A DNA stretch of 64,000 nt from an archaeon BMS3Abin17. Lineage in GTDB: Archaea > Nanobdellota > Nanobdellia > Pacearchaeales > GW2011-AR1. A model generated the notes under the pieces. It was not told the DNA's origin. It saw only the letters and a program-made list of their open reading frames with translations, and did not search any database. The position numbers and the translations under genes are program-made. Positions 9,673 through 18,780 of the stretch are shown one piece after another (position 1 is the first letter of the stretch; each line of letters opens with the position of its first letter). The stretch spans positions 1,605-65,604 of the forward strand of contig BDTJ01000044.1 in NCBI GenBank assembly GCA_002897655.1, read 5' to 3'.

Positions 9673-10590
9673 ATGGTTTATCATGAAATAAGAGAAGTTA
9701 ATGGAAAAAAACAAAACTACTTAGTTAGCAACAGAAGAGACAAGGGGAAATGGAAAAAGACAAGTAAGTTTATTGGGAGTGGAAACCTCTCAAAACAACA
9801 AATATCTAAATTGAAAAAGAAATTTGAACAAGAATTAGTGACTAATAAAAAATATGAATACTTGAGTAAAAAACAAGTAAAAGAGCTAGAAAATCTAAAA
9901 CAAAATTATATAAAAAATCTAAAAAAACTGTCAAAAGAAGAATTTACAAAATTTCAAAAAACATTTTTTACTGAGCTAACTTACAATAGTAATGCCCTTG
10001 AAGGAAATTCTCTTTCTCTAGAAGAAACCTCTTTGGTTGTTAATGAAAACTTGGTTCCAGAAGGAAAGACACTTAGAGAAATTTATGAGGCCAAAAACCA
10101 CTCTCAAGCTTTAAAGTATTTAAGAGAATATAAAGGGGATTTGAATGAAGGACTAATATTAAAATTACACTCAGTTATATTGCAAAATATTTCAGAAAGA
10201 TTTGCAGGCAAATATAGAAAAAGTGGTGTGAGGATTACTGGAAGTACTTTTAAACCTCCAATTGCAGAAAAAGTTCCACAACTTATAGGGAATCTTATTT
10301 ATTGGTATAAGAAAAATAAAAATAAAATGCACCAGTTTGAATTAGCAACACTTATTTCTATTAAACTTGTAACAATACATCCTTTTGTGGATGGAAATGG
10401 TAGGGTTTCTAGATTAATCATGAATTTTTTGTTAGGAAAAAAGGATTATCCTTGGATTAACATTTACAATAAACAAAGACAAAAATATCTAAAAGCAGTG
10501 AGAAAAGGGAATGAAGAAGATTATTCGCTTATCTTTCCTTATCTAATAAAAACCATAAAAGAAAACTTAAAAGATTTTGGATTTATCTAG
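9673..10590 (+). CDS. Fic-domain protein
   Basis: HPFVDGNGRVSR catalytic motif; SNALEGN inhibitory-helix motif. Confidence 0.92.
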   Translation: MVYHEIREVNGKKQNYLVSNRRDKGKWKKTSKFIGSGNLSKQQISKLKKKFEQELVTNKKYEYLSKKQVKELENLKQNYIKNLKKLSKEEFTKFQKTFFTELTYNSNALEGNSLSLEETSLVVNENLVPEGKTLREIYEAKNHSQALKYLREYKGDLNEGLILKLHSVILQNISERFAGKYRKSGVRITGSTFKPPIAEKVPQLIGNLIYWYKKNKNKMHQFELATLISIKLVTIHPFVDGNGRVSRLIMNFLLGKKDYPWINIYNKQRQKYLKAVRKGNEEDYSLIFPYLIKTIKENLKDFGFI

Positions 10591-10832
10591 TGATAAGTTT
10601 TTTGTTGACCGAAAAGTAGAAGACCCCTCTTCTAAGACTGCTGTAAGAAAGTATCAAAATCTTAATAATTAAGACTTTACGTTCCGCGTTTTTTAAGGGC
10701 TAGACTTCTCGTGCAACGCCCCAACTTGTAGAGTTGAACATAAAGTAAAATGACAAGTAAAAATCCCGAGTTTTTGAACATAAAGTGCTATAATTTGATG
10801 TGATTTTTAATTTCTGAACATAAAGTCTTTAG

Positions 10833-11024
10833 TTATTCTTCTTTTTTACAAGCCCAATACAAAGTAAGAATCCCAAAGACAATTGCCATTGAATAACCTA
10901 TTTTTGAAAAAAGTTGGCTATAAAATTTGCCATGAATATAACCCCCTGCAAAAGAGATTAATGTAAGAATTCCAAAGAAAATTGAATATCTCATTGTTTC
11001 TTGGTACCACTTAATTTTTTTCAT
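10833..11024 (-). CDS. Small two-TM membrane protein
   Basis: 63-aa hydrophobic ORF with upstream TATA-like element. Confidence 0.5.
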   Translation of the reverse strand: MKKIKWYQETMRYSIFFGILTLISFAGGYIHGKFYSQLFSKIGYSMAIVFGILTLYWACKKEE

Positions 11025-11133
11025 AGTATAATTTAGACTTTTTTCTTTTTATAGATTGTTGTTATTTTTGAACGGGAAGTCTAAAATAAACTCTTTCCTC
11101 AAGATCTTAATCCGAAGGTTCCATGCTCTGATT

Positions 11134-11706
11134 CTAGAGTATCATTCCTTTTCCTCTACTATATTCAGAAGAAATACTTTCTTGGAGTCTCTTATCTCTT
11201 AATTCTTCTTGGAGTAAATATCCATCTACAATTGCTTTTACTCTTTCAATTCTAGTTTTATGTTTGGGGGTTTCTTCAAATAATAAGTTCTTAAGTGCAT
11301 TAGCCCCAACTAAATTATCCTTTGGTTCCTTAGCACACCAGATTTTTTTATTTATTATAAGATAATTTCCTTTTATTTTTGTCCCAGGAATCTCTCCTTC
11401 TCTAAATATTTGTATTCCCCCTTCAAACAAAAGTCTTCTTTCAGGTTTTATATCTTGATTATCTGTCCAGACATCATGACTAAAAGGGATTATATCTGCT
11501 AGATATTTTGATGCAGATGCATTTATGAAATATGAACCCACAACACCCTCTCTTACAAAATCGCTTCCCATGAATTCTACTATCTCTGTAGAGCCTACCC
11601 AATATTTTGGCATCCTAAAATACCCCTTTCTTAAAGGTCTTTCCCAGTCACAAATACTTTCATCGTTTAGAAAGATTAAATTTTCTGCACTCTTCTTTTC
11701 ACTCAT
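11134..11706 (-). CDS. Hypothetical protein (likely start MSEKK at 11706)
   Basis: The ORF-track extension to 11862 runs through a MITE; TATA-like TTTATTAA lies about 25 nt upstream of 11706. Confidence 0.55.
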   Translation of the reverse strand: MSEKKSAENLIFLNDESICDWERPLRKGYFRMPKYWVGSTEIVEFMGSDFVREGVVGSYFINASASKYLADIIPFSHDVWTDNQDIKPERRLLFEGGIQIFREGEIPGTKIKGNYLIINKKIWCAKEPKDNLVGANALKNLLFEETPKHKTRIERVKAIVDGYLLQEELRDKRLQESISSEYSRGKGMIL

Positions 11707-11779
11707 AAAACTCTTAACTTTTTTAGGATTAATAAATATTATTGTGATTGCGAGAAGTCGTTCTTTTGAGAGTGACTTG

Positions 11780-11898
11780 TTATGCCAAGGATTCTGGAGA
11801 AAACCACACACTTTAGTGTGTGGATGAATCCTTGGACATCCTAAAGCCCAGACAAACCGCACCTTTTAAGGTGCGGTAAAACACAAGGACTTTTTGAT
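11780..11898 (+). mobile_element. IS200/IS605-type MITE (PATE-like), copy 1; coordinates include the TTAT target
   Basis: Hairpins CCACACAC-TTTA-GTGTGTGG and ACCGCACC-TTTTAA-GGTGCGGT; differs from copies 2 and 3 by 3 substitutions and 1 indel. Confidence 0.85.
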
Positions 11899-11953
11899 TA
11901 TATTTTAGTAGATATAAATCTTTAAATACTTAATATATTTAACAATTCTGTTT

Positions 11954-12001
11954 ATACAACTTATGGTGATATTATCCTATTTAATATACAACATATTGTA
12001 G
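11954..12001 (+). promoter_or_regulatory. Tandem NrdR boxes
   Basis: ATACAACTTATGGTGA (11954) and ATACAACATATTGTAG (11986), 32 bp apart, resemble consensus acaCwAtATaTwGtgt; directly upstream of nrdR. Confidence 0.7.
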
Positions 12002-12013
12002 AGAGGTGATAAA

Positions 12014-12451
12014 ATGGATTGTCCATACTGCTCAAGTAAAGAATTAAAAGTAACTGATAAAAGAGAGTCTCCTGATGGTATAAGAAGGAGACGTGAATGC
12101 CTTAAATGTAAAAATAGATTTACAACATATGAGAGGGTGGAAAGGAGTGATTTGTATCTTATTAAAAAAGATGGGAACAGAGAAAAATTTGAAAGGGAAA
12201 AACTAGAAATAGGGGTTCAAAAAGCATTTGAAAAGCGTCCTGTTTCAAAAGAAAAAATTGACAAGATGATAAACGAGATTGAAGAGCAATTGAGAAAAAA
12301 AGGTAAAAAAGAGGTTAAGAGTTCTATTGTTGGAGAATTAACAATGAAAAAGATAAAAAAATTGGACAATGTGGCATACATAAGATTTGCATCTGTTTAC
12401 AGAGATTTTCAAGATGTTAGTGATTTTAAAAAGGAGTTAAAGGAGTTGTGA
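12014..12451 (+). CDS. nrdR: Transcriptional repressor NrdR
   Basis: CPYC..RRRRECLKC..RFTTYE zinc ribbon, ATP-cone, VAYIRFASVY. Confidence 0.96.
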   Translation: MDCPYCSSKELKVTDKRESPDGIRRRRECLKCKNRFTTYERVERSDLYLIKKDGNREKFEREKLEIGVQKAFEKRPVSKEKIDKMINEIEEQLRKKGKKEVKSSIVGELTMKKIKKLDNVAYIRFASVYRDFQDVSDFKKELKEL

Positions 12452-12452
12452 G

Positions 12453-15400
12453 ATGAGTAAATCAATTAAATATGCTGATTTTATATCCTTAAGAGACAAG
12501 CTTGCAACAGATGTGCCTTCTAGGTTAAATCTTAGTTCTAATGCTCAGATGGTTTTTGGAAAAAATTATTGTAAGACTTTGGAAGACGGAAGAAAAGAAA
12601 CAATTTCAGAGAGGTTTGCTGGAATGTGTCTTGAAGTTGCAGGTGCAGAAATGAAGTATCTCCCCGAAGATATGTCTTATGAGAAAAGATTAGAAAAAGT
12701 TTCTCAAAAAGCTGGAAAATTCATCGACTTAATGGTTTCTAATACATTTAGAACAAATACTCCTACAAATATAAACTTTGGAAGATTAAAGCCACAATAT
12801 GACGATTTAGGTAATCTGACAGGGTATGGATATAAATCTCAATTAGGTTCTGCATGTTTTGTAATTCCCGTGGATGATACTTTTGGGAAATCCACAGAAG
12901 ACCTGGGGGATGGTCTTTTAGAAGCATGGGTTGCACAGCAATTGATTCATAAAGGGGGTGGTGGAACTGGGATGTCTATGTGCAGAGTTAGGCCAAAAGG
13001 ATCTGTGATTGGTTATGACCCTGTTGTTGATAAATTAAGCTCTATTGACTGGGAACTTGATAGAGGAGTTTCGTCTGGTCCTGATTCTTTCTTTGAACAT
13101 TTTTATAATTCTGGAACAGATGCTGTTAAACAAGGAAACACAAGAAGAGGAGCAAATATGGGAGTACAAAGAATTGACCATCAAGATTTCTTAGATCATC
13201 TTTATGCTAAATTTGGAAGAGATAAAGCAAGATTAGAATTAAGAATGAAAAATTTTAATCTTAGTCTTGCACTTACTGATGGATTTATGGAAGCTGCTAA
13301 AAATAATGAAATGTATACTCTTTATAATCCTCAACGTGCAAATCCAAAAATTAAGAAAATTTTAAAGGCAAAACACAAAATTGAAGATTCAGAAGTTGTT
13401 CGCAGAGAAGATATTTCTACAAAAAGCCAATTTGAAAAGATTCTTGAAAAGAATTCTAAAAGCCCATTATCCCCCGTAACAACTCCAAACATGTATCTTG
13501 ATAAAGATAATGAAACTGTAATAAATGCTTATTCCGGAACGCCAATAGGGAGGGTTCACAATGGTCTTGTTTATATTGAAGCTAAAAAAGTTTTGGGAAT
13601 CATCTCAGAACTTGCTCGTGCAAATGGTGAACCAGGAGTAGTTTTTATCGATAGAATGAATGAATATAATCCTCTCTTGTTTGAGGAAGAAATAGAATCT
13701 ACTAATCCTTGTGGAGAACAACCCCTTCTTCCAAATGAAGCATGTAATCTTGGCTCTATTAATCTAGGGAAATTTTCCAAATATTCTATTTTTGATAATA
13801 AAAGTGAAATAGATTTGGGAGAAGAAGTTATTAGAGATCGTTTTACTAAGATTGAAGAAAGAAAAGATGGAAGAGTCGGAGTAATGTATTTTGATTGGGA
13901 TAATCTTGATGGTGCAATTGAGACCACTGTTGAATTTTTAGATAATGTTATAGATGAAAATGACTATCCTTCACCAAAAATAGAGGAAAGAGTTAATCAG
14001 ACAAGGAAGATTGGATTAGGTTATATGGGAGTTCATGATTCAATGATTTCTATGAAGATGAGATATGGTTCAGAAGAATCTTTTGAGTTTGCAGAAGCTC
14101 TTGCTCAAAGACTTCACCAAAAATCTTTAGAAGCTTCATGTAAGTTGGGAGAAGAGAGAGGAATTTTTCCAGCATGGGAACAAAGTTTCTATAATCCTGA
14201 TTCAGATATGTCTAAATGGATTAGTTCTCAACCTAAAACAATCCCTGATAAGTTTAGAGGAGATAGAGAATTAAGTGATAATGTTGATAGAGAAAAACGT
14301 ATGACTTATGGAGTAAAAGTTAGGAATGCATGCAGAACAACTCAAGCACCAACAGGGACAACAAGTAGAACTTGTGGAGAAACTCTTGAAGAACTTAGCC
14401 TTGATGATTTAACAATCTCTTCAGGTATAGAACCATTATATGGAATAAGATTTGATTCAGTTATCATGAATACTAAAATAATCGATACATCTCTTGCAGC
14501 AATAAACTTGTTTAAGAGAGAAGGTATTTACTCTCCTGAACTTATAGAAGCAATAAGAAAAAATGATGGAAGTGTTTTTAATTACAGTAAAACACCAAAA
14601 GATGTTGCAAAGATTTTAGACACAATTCCTAAAGACATAAGAGAAGTGCTTGTTACTTCATCTGGAGGAGAAGGAAATATATATGAAATAACTCCCACAC
14701 AACATGCAAGGATGAGTACAACATTCCAGCATTGGAATGATAGTTCTATAAGCAAGACTGTAAATCTTCCTATTTCAGCGCAACCTCCAGAAATAGAAGA
14801 TATGATTTTTTATTTATGGGAAAATGGTTCAAAAGGAGGAACTGTTTATGTGGATAAAAGTAGAGAGTTTCAAATTCTTAATGCTTCAAATGAGGATGTA
14901 TCTAATAGTTCAAATGAAAATGGCAATAATGGAGAAAAATTCCATAGGACTCTTGTTCAAAAAGCTGTTACTGTTGAAACTCCTTACATTGGAACAAATA
15001 AAGAGATAAACGAGAGCGAAATAATGCTGAATCCAAATCCAGATAGTTGTTTTAATACAATCACTTATGACTCAAGAAGAAAAAAGATAACAGGAGTATT
15101 CCAGAGTGTTGCAGAAACAAGTGTGGAAAAAACATCTCTCTTAAAGAGAGCTAACATAAGTTTATCTGCTCGTTTTAAAAAAGGAGCTTCTCTTGACCAG
15201 ATAATTGAGGAAACAGAAAAAGGAGGAATTAGTGGAAGTAGAATCGGAACTTTAAGTGATAAGGGAGTATTACAAATGAAGGGAGGTAATGAAGTAATGA
15301 AATATCAGATAGCTGGCGGAACAACTGGAGAAGGATTATTACAAACCCTTTACTTTTTTAGATTTTTAACAGAAGGTGGAGAAAATTTTGAGGAGGCATT

Positions 15401-15581
15401 TATGAAAGAAAGGATGGATGCTTATCTTACAGGAGATATAAGTATAAAGATGATAGTAAATACTCAGGGAAAAATTAAACTTGAAGAAGGAGATAATGGG
15501 GGGCGACCTTCTATCTTAGGAACAAATAAAGTATTCAAACTTCCTCCAGGTATGAGTGAAAAAAACTGTCCTGAATGTTAA
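12453..15581 (+). CDS. nrdJ: Class II (adenosylcobalamin-dependent) ribonucleotide reductase
   Basis: SACFV, GGGTG, QGNTRRGANM, TNPCGEQPL, ACNLGS, APTGT, SKTVN, C-terminal CPEC; no beta subunit nearby. Confidence 0.88.
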   Translation: MSKSIKYADFISLRDKLATDVPSRLNLSSNAQMVFGKNYCKTLEDGRKETISERFAGMCLEVAGAEMKYLPEDMSYEKRLEKVSQKAGKFIDLMVSNTFRTNTPTNINFGRLKPQYDDLGNLTGYGYKSQLGSACFVIPVDDTFGKSTEDLGDGLLEAWVAQQLIHKGGGGTGMSMCRVRPKGSVIGYDPVVDKLSSIDWELDRGVSSGPDSFFEHFYNSGTDAVKQGNTRRGANMGVQRIDHQDFLDHLYAKFGRDKARLELRMKNFNLSLALTDGFMEAAKNNEMYTLYNPQRANPKIKKILKAKHKIEDSEVVRREDISTKSQFEKILEKNSKSPLSPVTTPNMYLDKDNETVINAYSGTPIGRVHNGLVYIEAKKVLGIISELARANGEPGVVFIDRMNEYNPLLFEEEIESTNPCGEQPLLPNEACNLGSINLGKFSKYSIFDNKSEIDLGEEVIRDRFTKIEERKDGRVGVMYFDWDNLDGAIETTVEFLDNVIDENDYPSPKIEERVNQTRKIGLGYMGVHDSMISMKMRYGSEESFEFAEALAQRLHQKSLEASCKLGEERGIFPAWEQSFYNPDSDMSKWISSQPKTIPDKFRGDRELSDNVDREKRMTYGVKVRNACRTTQAPTGTTSRTCGETLEELSLDDLTISSGIEPLYGIRFDSVIMNTKIIDTSLAAINLFKREGIYSPELIEAIRKNDGSVFNYSKTPKDVAKILDTIPKDIREVLVTSSGGEGNIYEITPTQHARMSTTFQHWNDSSISKTVNLPISAQPPEIEDMIFYLWENGSKGGTVYVDKSREFQILNASNEDVSNSSNENGNNGEKFHRTLVQKAVTVETPYIGTNKEINESEIMLNPNPDSCFNTITYDSRRKKITGVFQSVAETSVEKTSLLKRANISLSARFKKGASLDQIIEETEKGGISGSRIGTLSDKGVLQMKGGNEVMKYQIAGGTTGEGLLQTLYFFRFLTEGGENFEEAFMKERMDAYLTGDISIKMIVNTQGKIKLEEGDNGGRPSILGTNKVFKLPPGMSEKNCPEC

Positions 15582-15600
15582 ATTATCATAATATTCTAAA

Positions 15601-16656
15601 ATGCCAAATAAAAAAGAAATAATTGCGGTTGTAGGAATGTGTGGAGCAGGTAAAAGTTGTGTTTCTGATTATTTAGTTGGTAAGGGATATAAGTTTCTAA
15701 GATTTGGCCAAATAACACTTGATGAAGTTAAAAGAGTAACAGGAAGTCTTGAACCAAATCATGATTTAGAAAAAGAGATCAGAGAAAGAAACAGAAGAGA
15801 ACATGGGATGGCTGCATATGCAATATTAAATAAACCAAAAATAGATGAATTGCTTATATTAGGAAATGTTGTTATTGACGGGCTATATTCATGGTCAGAA
15901 TATAAATATCTAAAAGAGATATACAAAGATTCCTTAAAAGTTATTGCAGTTCTTGCTTCTCCAGAAACAAGATATGACAGACTAGAAGATAGAAAAGATA
16001 TTGATAAAGAGATGAGAAACAGACCTATGTTAAGAGAAGAATCTATCTCAAGAGATTATGCTGAGATAGAAAATATAGAAAAGGGCGGACCAATTGCAAT
16101 GGCTGATATTGTTATTATAAATAATGGAAGTAAGAAAGAATTAATTAAACAGTTAGAAAACATTTCTTCTGATGAGAAATATATAAGACCCTCGTGGGAT
16201 GAATATTTTATGGAGGTTGCAAAAGCAATTGCTAGAAGGGCTACTTGTGATAGAGGGAGAATGGGCTGTGTTATTTCCAGAGATAAACAATTATTAGTAA
16301 CAGGCTATGTAGGTTCACCGATTGGATTACCTCATTGTGATGAGGGGGGGCATGTACTGAAGGAAGTTCTTAATGAAGATGGAAATATTTCAAAACATTG
16401 TGTAAGAACAATTCATGGAGAACAAAACGCATTATGCCAAGCAGCAAAATTAGGAGTTTCTGTTAAGGGGGGAACATTATATACTACTTTAACTCCATGT
16501 AATATCTGTGCAAAAATGCTTATTAATTCAGGGATAAAGAGAATTGTCTGTGAAAAAAGATATCATAGGGGTGCAGAAAGTGAAGAATTGTTTAAACAGG
16601 CAGGAGTTCAGTTGGATATACTAGACAATGAAATAGAAAAGTACAAAAATCAGTGA
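15601..16656 (+). CDS. Fusion: P-loop kinase (archaeal dephospho-CoA kinase/NMP kinase-like) + dCMP deaminase
   Basis: GMCGAGKS Walker A, VVIDG; C-terminal RPSWDEYFM, HGEQNA, PCNIC. Confidence 0.85.
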   Translation: MPNKKEIIAVVGMCGAGKSCVSDYLVGKGYKFLRFGQITLDEVKRVTGSLEPNHDLEKEIRERNRREHGMAAYAILNKPKIDELLILGNVVIDGLYSWSEYKYLKEIYKDSLKVIAVLASPETRYDRLEDRKDIDKEMRNRPMLREESISRDYAEIENIEKGGPIAMADIVIINNGSKKELIKQLENISSDEKYIRPSWDEYFMEVAKAIARRATCDRGRMGCVISRDKQLLVTGYVGSPIGLPHCDEGGHVLKEVLNEDGNISKHCVRTIHGEQNALCQAAKLGVSVKGGTLYTTLTPCNICAKMLINSGIKRIVCEKRYHRGAESEELFKQAGVQLDILDNEIEKYKNQ

Positions 16657-16713
16657 TAAGAAAACTTTTATAAATACTCTTACTTCTCTTAATTTAATGA
16701 TTAAGGTACTAAA

Positions 16714-17034
16714 ATGGCAGATAATGTTCCAGAACTTACAAACAGAGAATTTGAGAGTTTTACAAAAGAAGGATTAGTTCTATTAGACTTTTTTGCAGAA
16801 TGGTGTATGCCTTGTGTTATGATGGCCCCTGTTCTTGAGGATTTAAGTGAGAAGCTTAAAGGAAAAATAAAAATAGGCAAGGTGAATTTTGAGGATAACC
16901 CGCAACTTGCTCAAAAATTCAGTATCAGCGCCTTCCCAACTTTTGTTTTGTTTAAGGAAGGAAAAGAAGTTAACAGATTTATTGGGGCAATGTCCGAAGA
17001 TGAGTTCGAGGAAAAATTAAGGGAATATCTATAG
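16714..17034 (+). CDS. trxA: Thioredoxin
   Basis: DFFAEWCMPC, cis-Pro FPT. Confidence 0.9.
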   Translation: MADNVPELTNREFESFTKEGLVLLDFFAEWCMPCVMMAPVLEDLSEKLKGKIKIGKVNFEDNPQLAQKFSISAFPTFVLFKEGKEVNRFIGAMSEDEFEEKLREYL

Positions 17035-17128
17035 TTAAGAAGAATCATCCTTGCAAAACAAGACAAAAAATAAATAGAAGATAATCTATACAAAGACTTT
17101 TTAAACATAAATTAATTTAATGAGCTAC

Positions 17129-17201
17129 GGCCTCGTAGCTCAATTGGTAGAGCACTGCCCTTTTAAGGCAGGTGTTGTGGGTTCGAGCCCCATCGAGGCC
17201 A
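17129..17201 (+). tRNA. tRNA-Lys(UUU)
   Basis: GGCCTCG/CGAGGCC acceptor stem, CTGCC-CTTTTAA-GGCAG anticodon arm, GTTCGAG T-loop. Confidence 0.93.
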
Positions 17202-17237
17202 TAATTACACCATAAGACATAAATACTGCTGTGTTTT

Positions 17238-17429
17238 ATGTATATTATGCCAATTAAATTTGATATGGAAGAAGCAGATATGTATGACAGAAAAAGAGAA
17301 TCTGGAGGAGATTTTGTTGGAACCTGTAAAAGTTTGGGAATAATTCTAACCCCTGATTCAATGGTAAACGAGGCAATAACGAAAGTGTTAAATCAAGAAG
17401 ATAAATACAAAACAAGACATAAGAAATAG
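17238..17429 (+). CDS. Hypothetical protein
   Basis: 63-aa ORF. Confidence 0.4.
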   Translation: MYIMPIKFDMEEADMYDRKRESGGDFVGTCKSLGIILTPDSMVNEAITKVLNQEDKYKTRHKK

Positions 17430-17440
17430 TTAATTACAAC

Positions 17441-17653
17441 ATGGTAGAATTTAATGTAGTTATAGAAAAAGATGAAGATGGGATGTATGTAGCAAGTGTT
17501 CCAGAGATTCATGGGTGTCATACTCAGGGAAAAACAATCCAAGAAGTTTTAGAAAGAATTAAAGAGGCTATTGAAGTGTGTTTAGAAGCAGACGGTGAAG
17601 AAATTACTCCTATGAAATTTGTTGGAATACAAAGGGTAGAGATTGCAAGATAA
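17441..17653 (+). CDS. hicB: HicB-family antitoxin (no C-terminal DNA-binding domain)
   Basis: EKDEDGMYVASVPEIHGCHTQGKT..E..IKEAI. Confidence 0.9.
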   Translation: MVEFNVVIEKDEDGMYVASVPEIHGCHTQGKTIQEVLERIKEAIEVCLEADGEEITPMKFVGIQRVEIAR

Positions 17654-17654
17654 A

Positions 17655-17879
17655 ATGAGTAAACTTCCGCTTATTTCTGGTAAAAAACTTTGCAAATTCC
17701 TGGAAAAGTTAGGTTTTGAGATGATACATGGAAAAGGAAGCCATAGGAGATTTAAACATTTGGATGGAAGAAGAACTGTTGTTCCTGTTCATGGGAATGA
17801 GAAGATAGGGAGAGGATTGCTAAGAGAGATAATTAAGCAAATGAAAATAACAAGAGAAGAATTTGAAAAGATGTTATAG
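17655..17879 (+). CDS. hicA: HicA-family mRNA interferase toxin
   Basis: LEKLGF..KGSH..VVPVH..GLLREI; ATG at 17655. Confidence 0.9.
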   Translation: MSKLPLISGKKLCKFLEKLGFEMIHGKGSHRRFKHLDGRRTVVPVHGNEKIGRGLLREIIKQMKITREEFEKML

Positions 17880-18102
17880 ACCAATCGAGGCCATAGTGGT
17901 TATTCTAAAAATTGGTTATACAAATATTTATAAGGTAAAGGATTTCTTGAGCTCTATGAAACAAGTTGGGAAAATATTTAGCCTATTTAGTTTGTTAAGT
18001 GAAGAAGAAAGGCAAAAATTGACATCATTACAAAAAACTGAACAAACAACTGAAGGAAGAGTAAGAAGATTTAATGAGACAATTGATGGAAAAACTCAGA
18101 AA

Positions 18103-18780
18103 ATGACATCCTCCGCACCCTAAAGGGCTGAAGCACTGAAGATGCGGTTTCCATCAAACCATTTATCCAAAAGTTGCATCGTGATGAGTTGATTGATTTC
18201 TTACATATTCCTTTACAACATCAAGTTGGACAAATCCAACACTTGAAGCAAATTTGCCTCTGCTCCAGAGATGCCCTTTTGGATACCTGAATCTTGCTTT
18301 TTTATGAAACTCGAAAAATAATTTTGAAGATCCCCCTTTCAAAAGTTGTAATGTCTTTGAAACAGACATTGTAAAACTAACTTCCACAACACAATGGATG
18401 TGTTCTGGCTGAACATCGAGTTCAATTATCTTTATGCCGTGTCTCGACGCTGATCTCCTCACACAAGCCCCCAATAAATTTTTATATTTAGTTTTTCTAA
18501 ACATCTTATACAGATATTTAGTGCACCATTCTAGATGCAACATCACAACTCCAACGCTGTGATCAGTTCTTTTGTATTGATTTATTTGTAATTGCTGTTC
18601 CATTTATCCTCCAGAGCATTTGCTAAGCAAATGCAAACATTTATTTATTCTAAAAAAGTTATCACTATGTGTAACTTTCAATGGCTTAGATACTAAGCCA
18701 TTTTATAATCAATATTTTCTAGAATAAATAATTAGTGGAGAATCATCACTCCATCTTCAAAGATGGAGATTTCTTTTTAA
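18103..18780 (-). mobile_element. IS200/IS605-family element, tnpA only (ends approximate)
   Basis: Left-end hairpin CTCCATCTT-TG-AAGATGGAG; right end ..GGGTGCGGAGGATGTCA with CCGCA/TGCGG stem; no TIR or TSD; no tnpB. Confidence 0.75.
18163..18603 (-). CDS. tnpA: Y1 HUH transposase TnpA (IS200/IS605)
   Basis: H-x-x-W-x-TKY, HUH motif EHIH, LKGGSS, LWSRG, catalytic Y in EYVRNQ. Confidence 0.93.
   Translation of the reverse strand: MEQQLQINQYKRTDHSVGVVMLHLEWCTKYLYKMFRKTKYKNLLGACVRRSASRHGIKIIELDVQPEHIHCVVEVSFTMSVSKTLQLLKGGSSKLFFEFHKKARFRYPKGHLWSRGKFASSVGFVQLDVVKEYVRNQSTHHDATFG

Larger units (their letters stand above)
9296..11080. repeat. Dispersed 13-bp motif family (TTGAACRNRAAGT), nine copies
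   Basis: + copies at 9296, 9579, 10605, 10734, 10774, 10814 and 11068; inverted copies at 10674 and 10704. Confidence 0.75.
17192..17895 (+). mobile_element. Miniature island at the tRNA-Lys 3' end bounded by a direct repeat
   Basis: ATCGAGGCCATA at 17192-17203 and 17884-17895; encloses a small ORF, hicB and hicA. Confidence 0.6.

Noticed and set aside
10605-10826. Possible CRISPR array
   Set aside because: Repeats are only 12-13 bp, degenerate and in both orientations; no cas genes in the window
11707-11862. N-terminal extension of ORF 11134..11862
   Set aside because: Derived from MITE and promoter sequence
18103-18780. TnpB/omegaRNA system
   Set aside because: No tnpB or iscB ORF; the element encodes only TnpA
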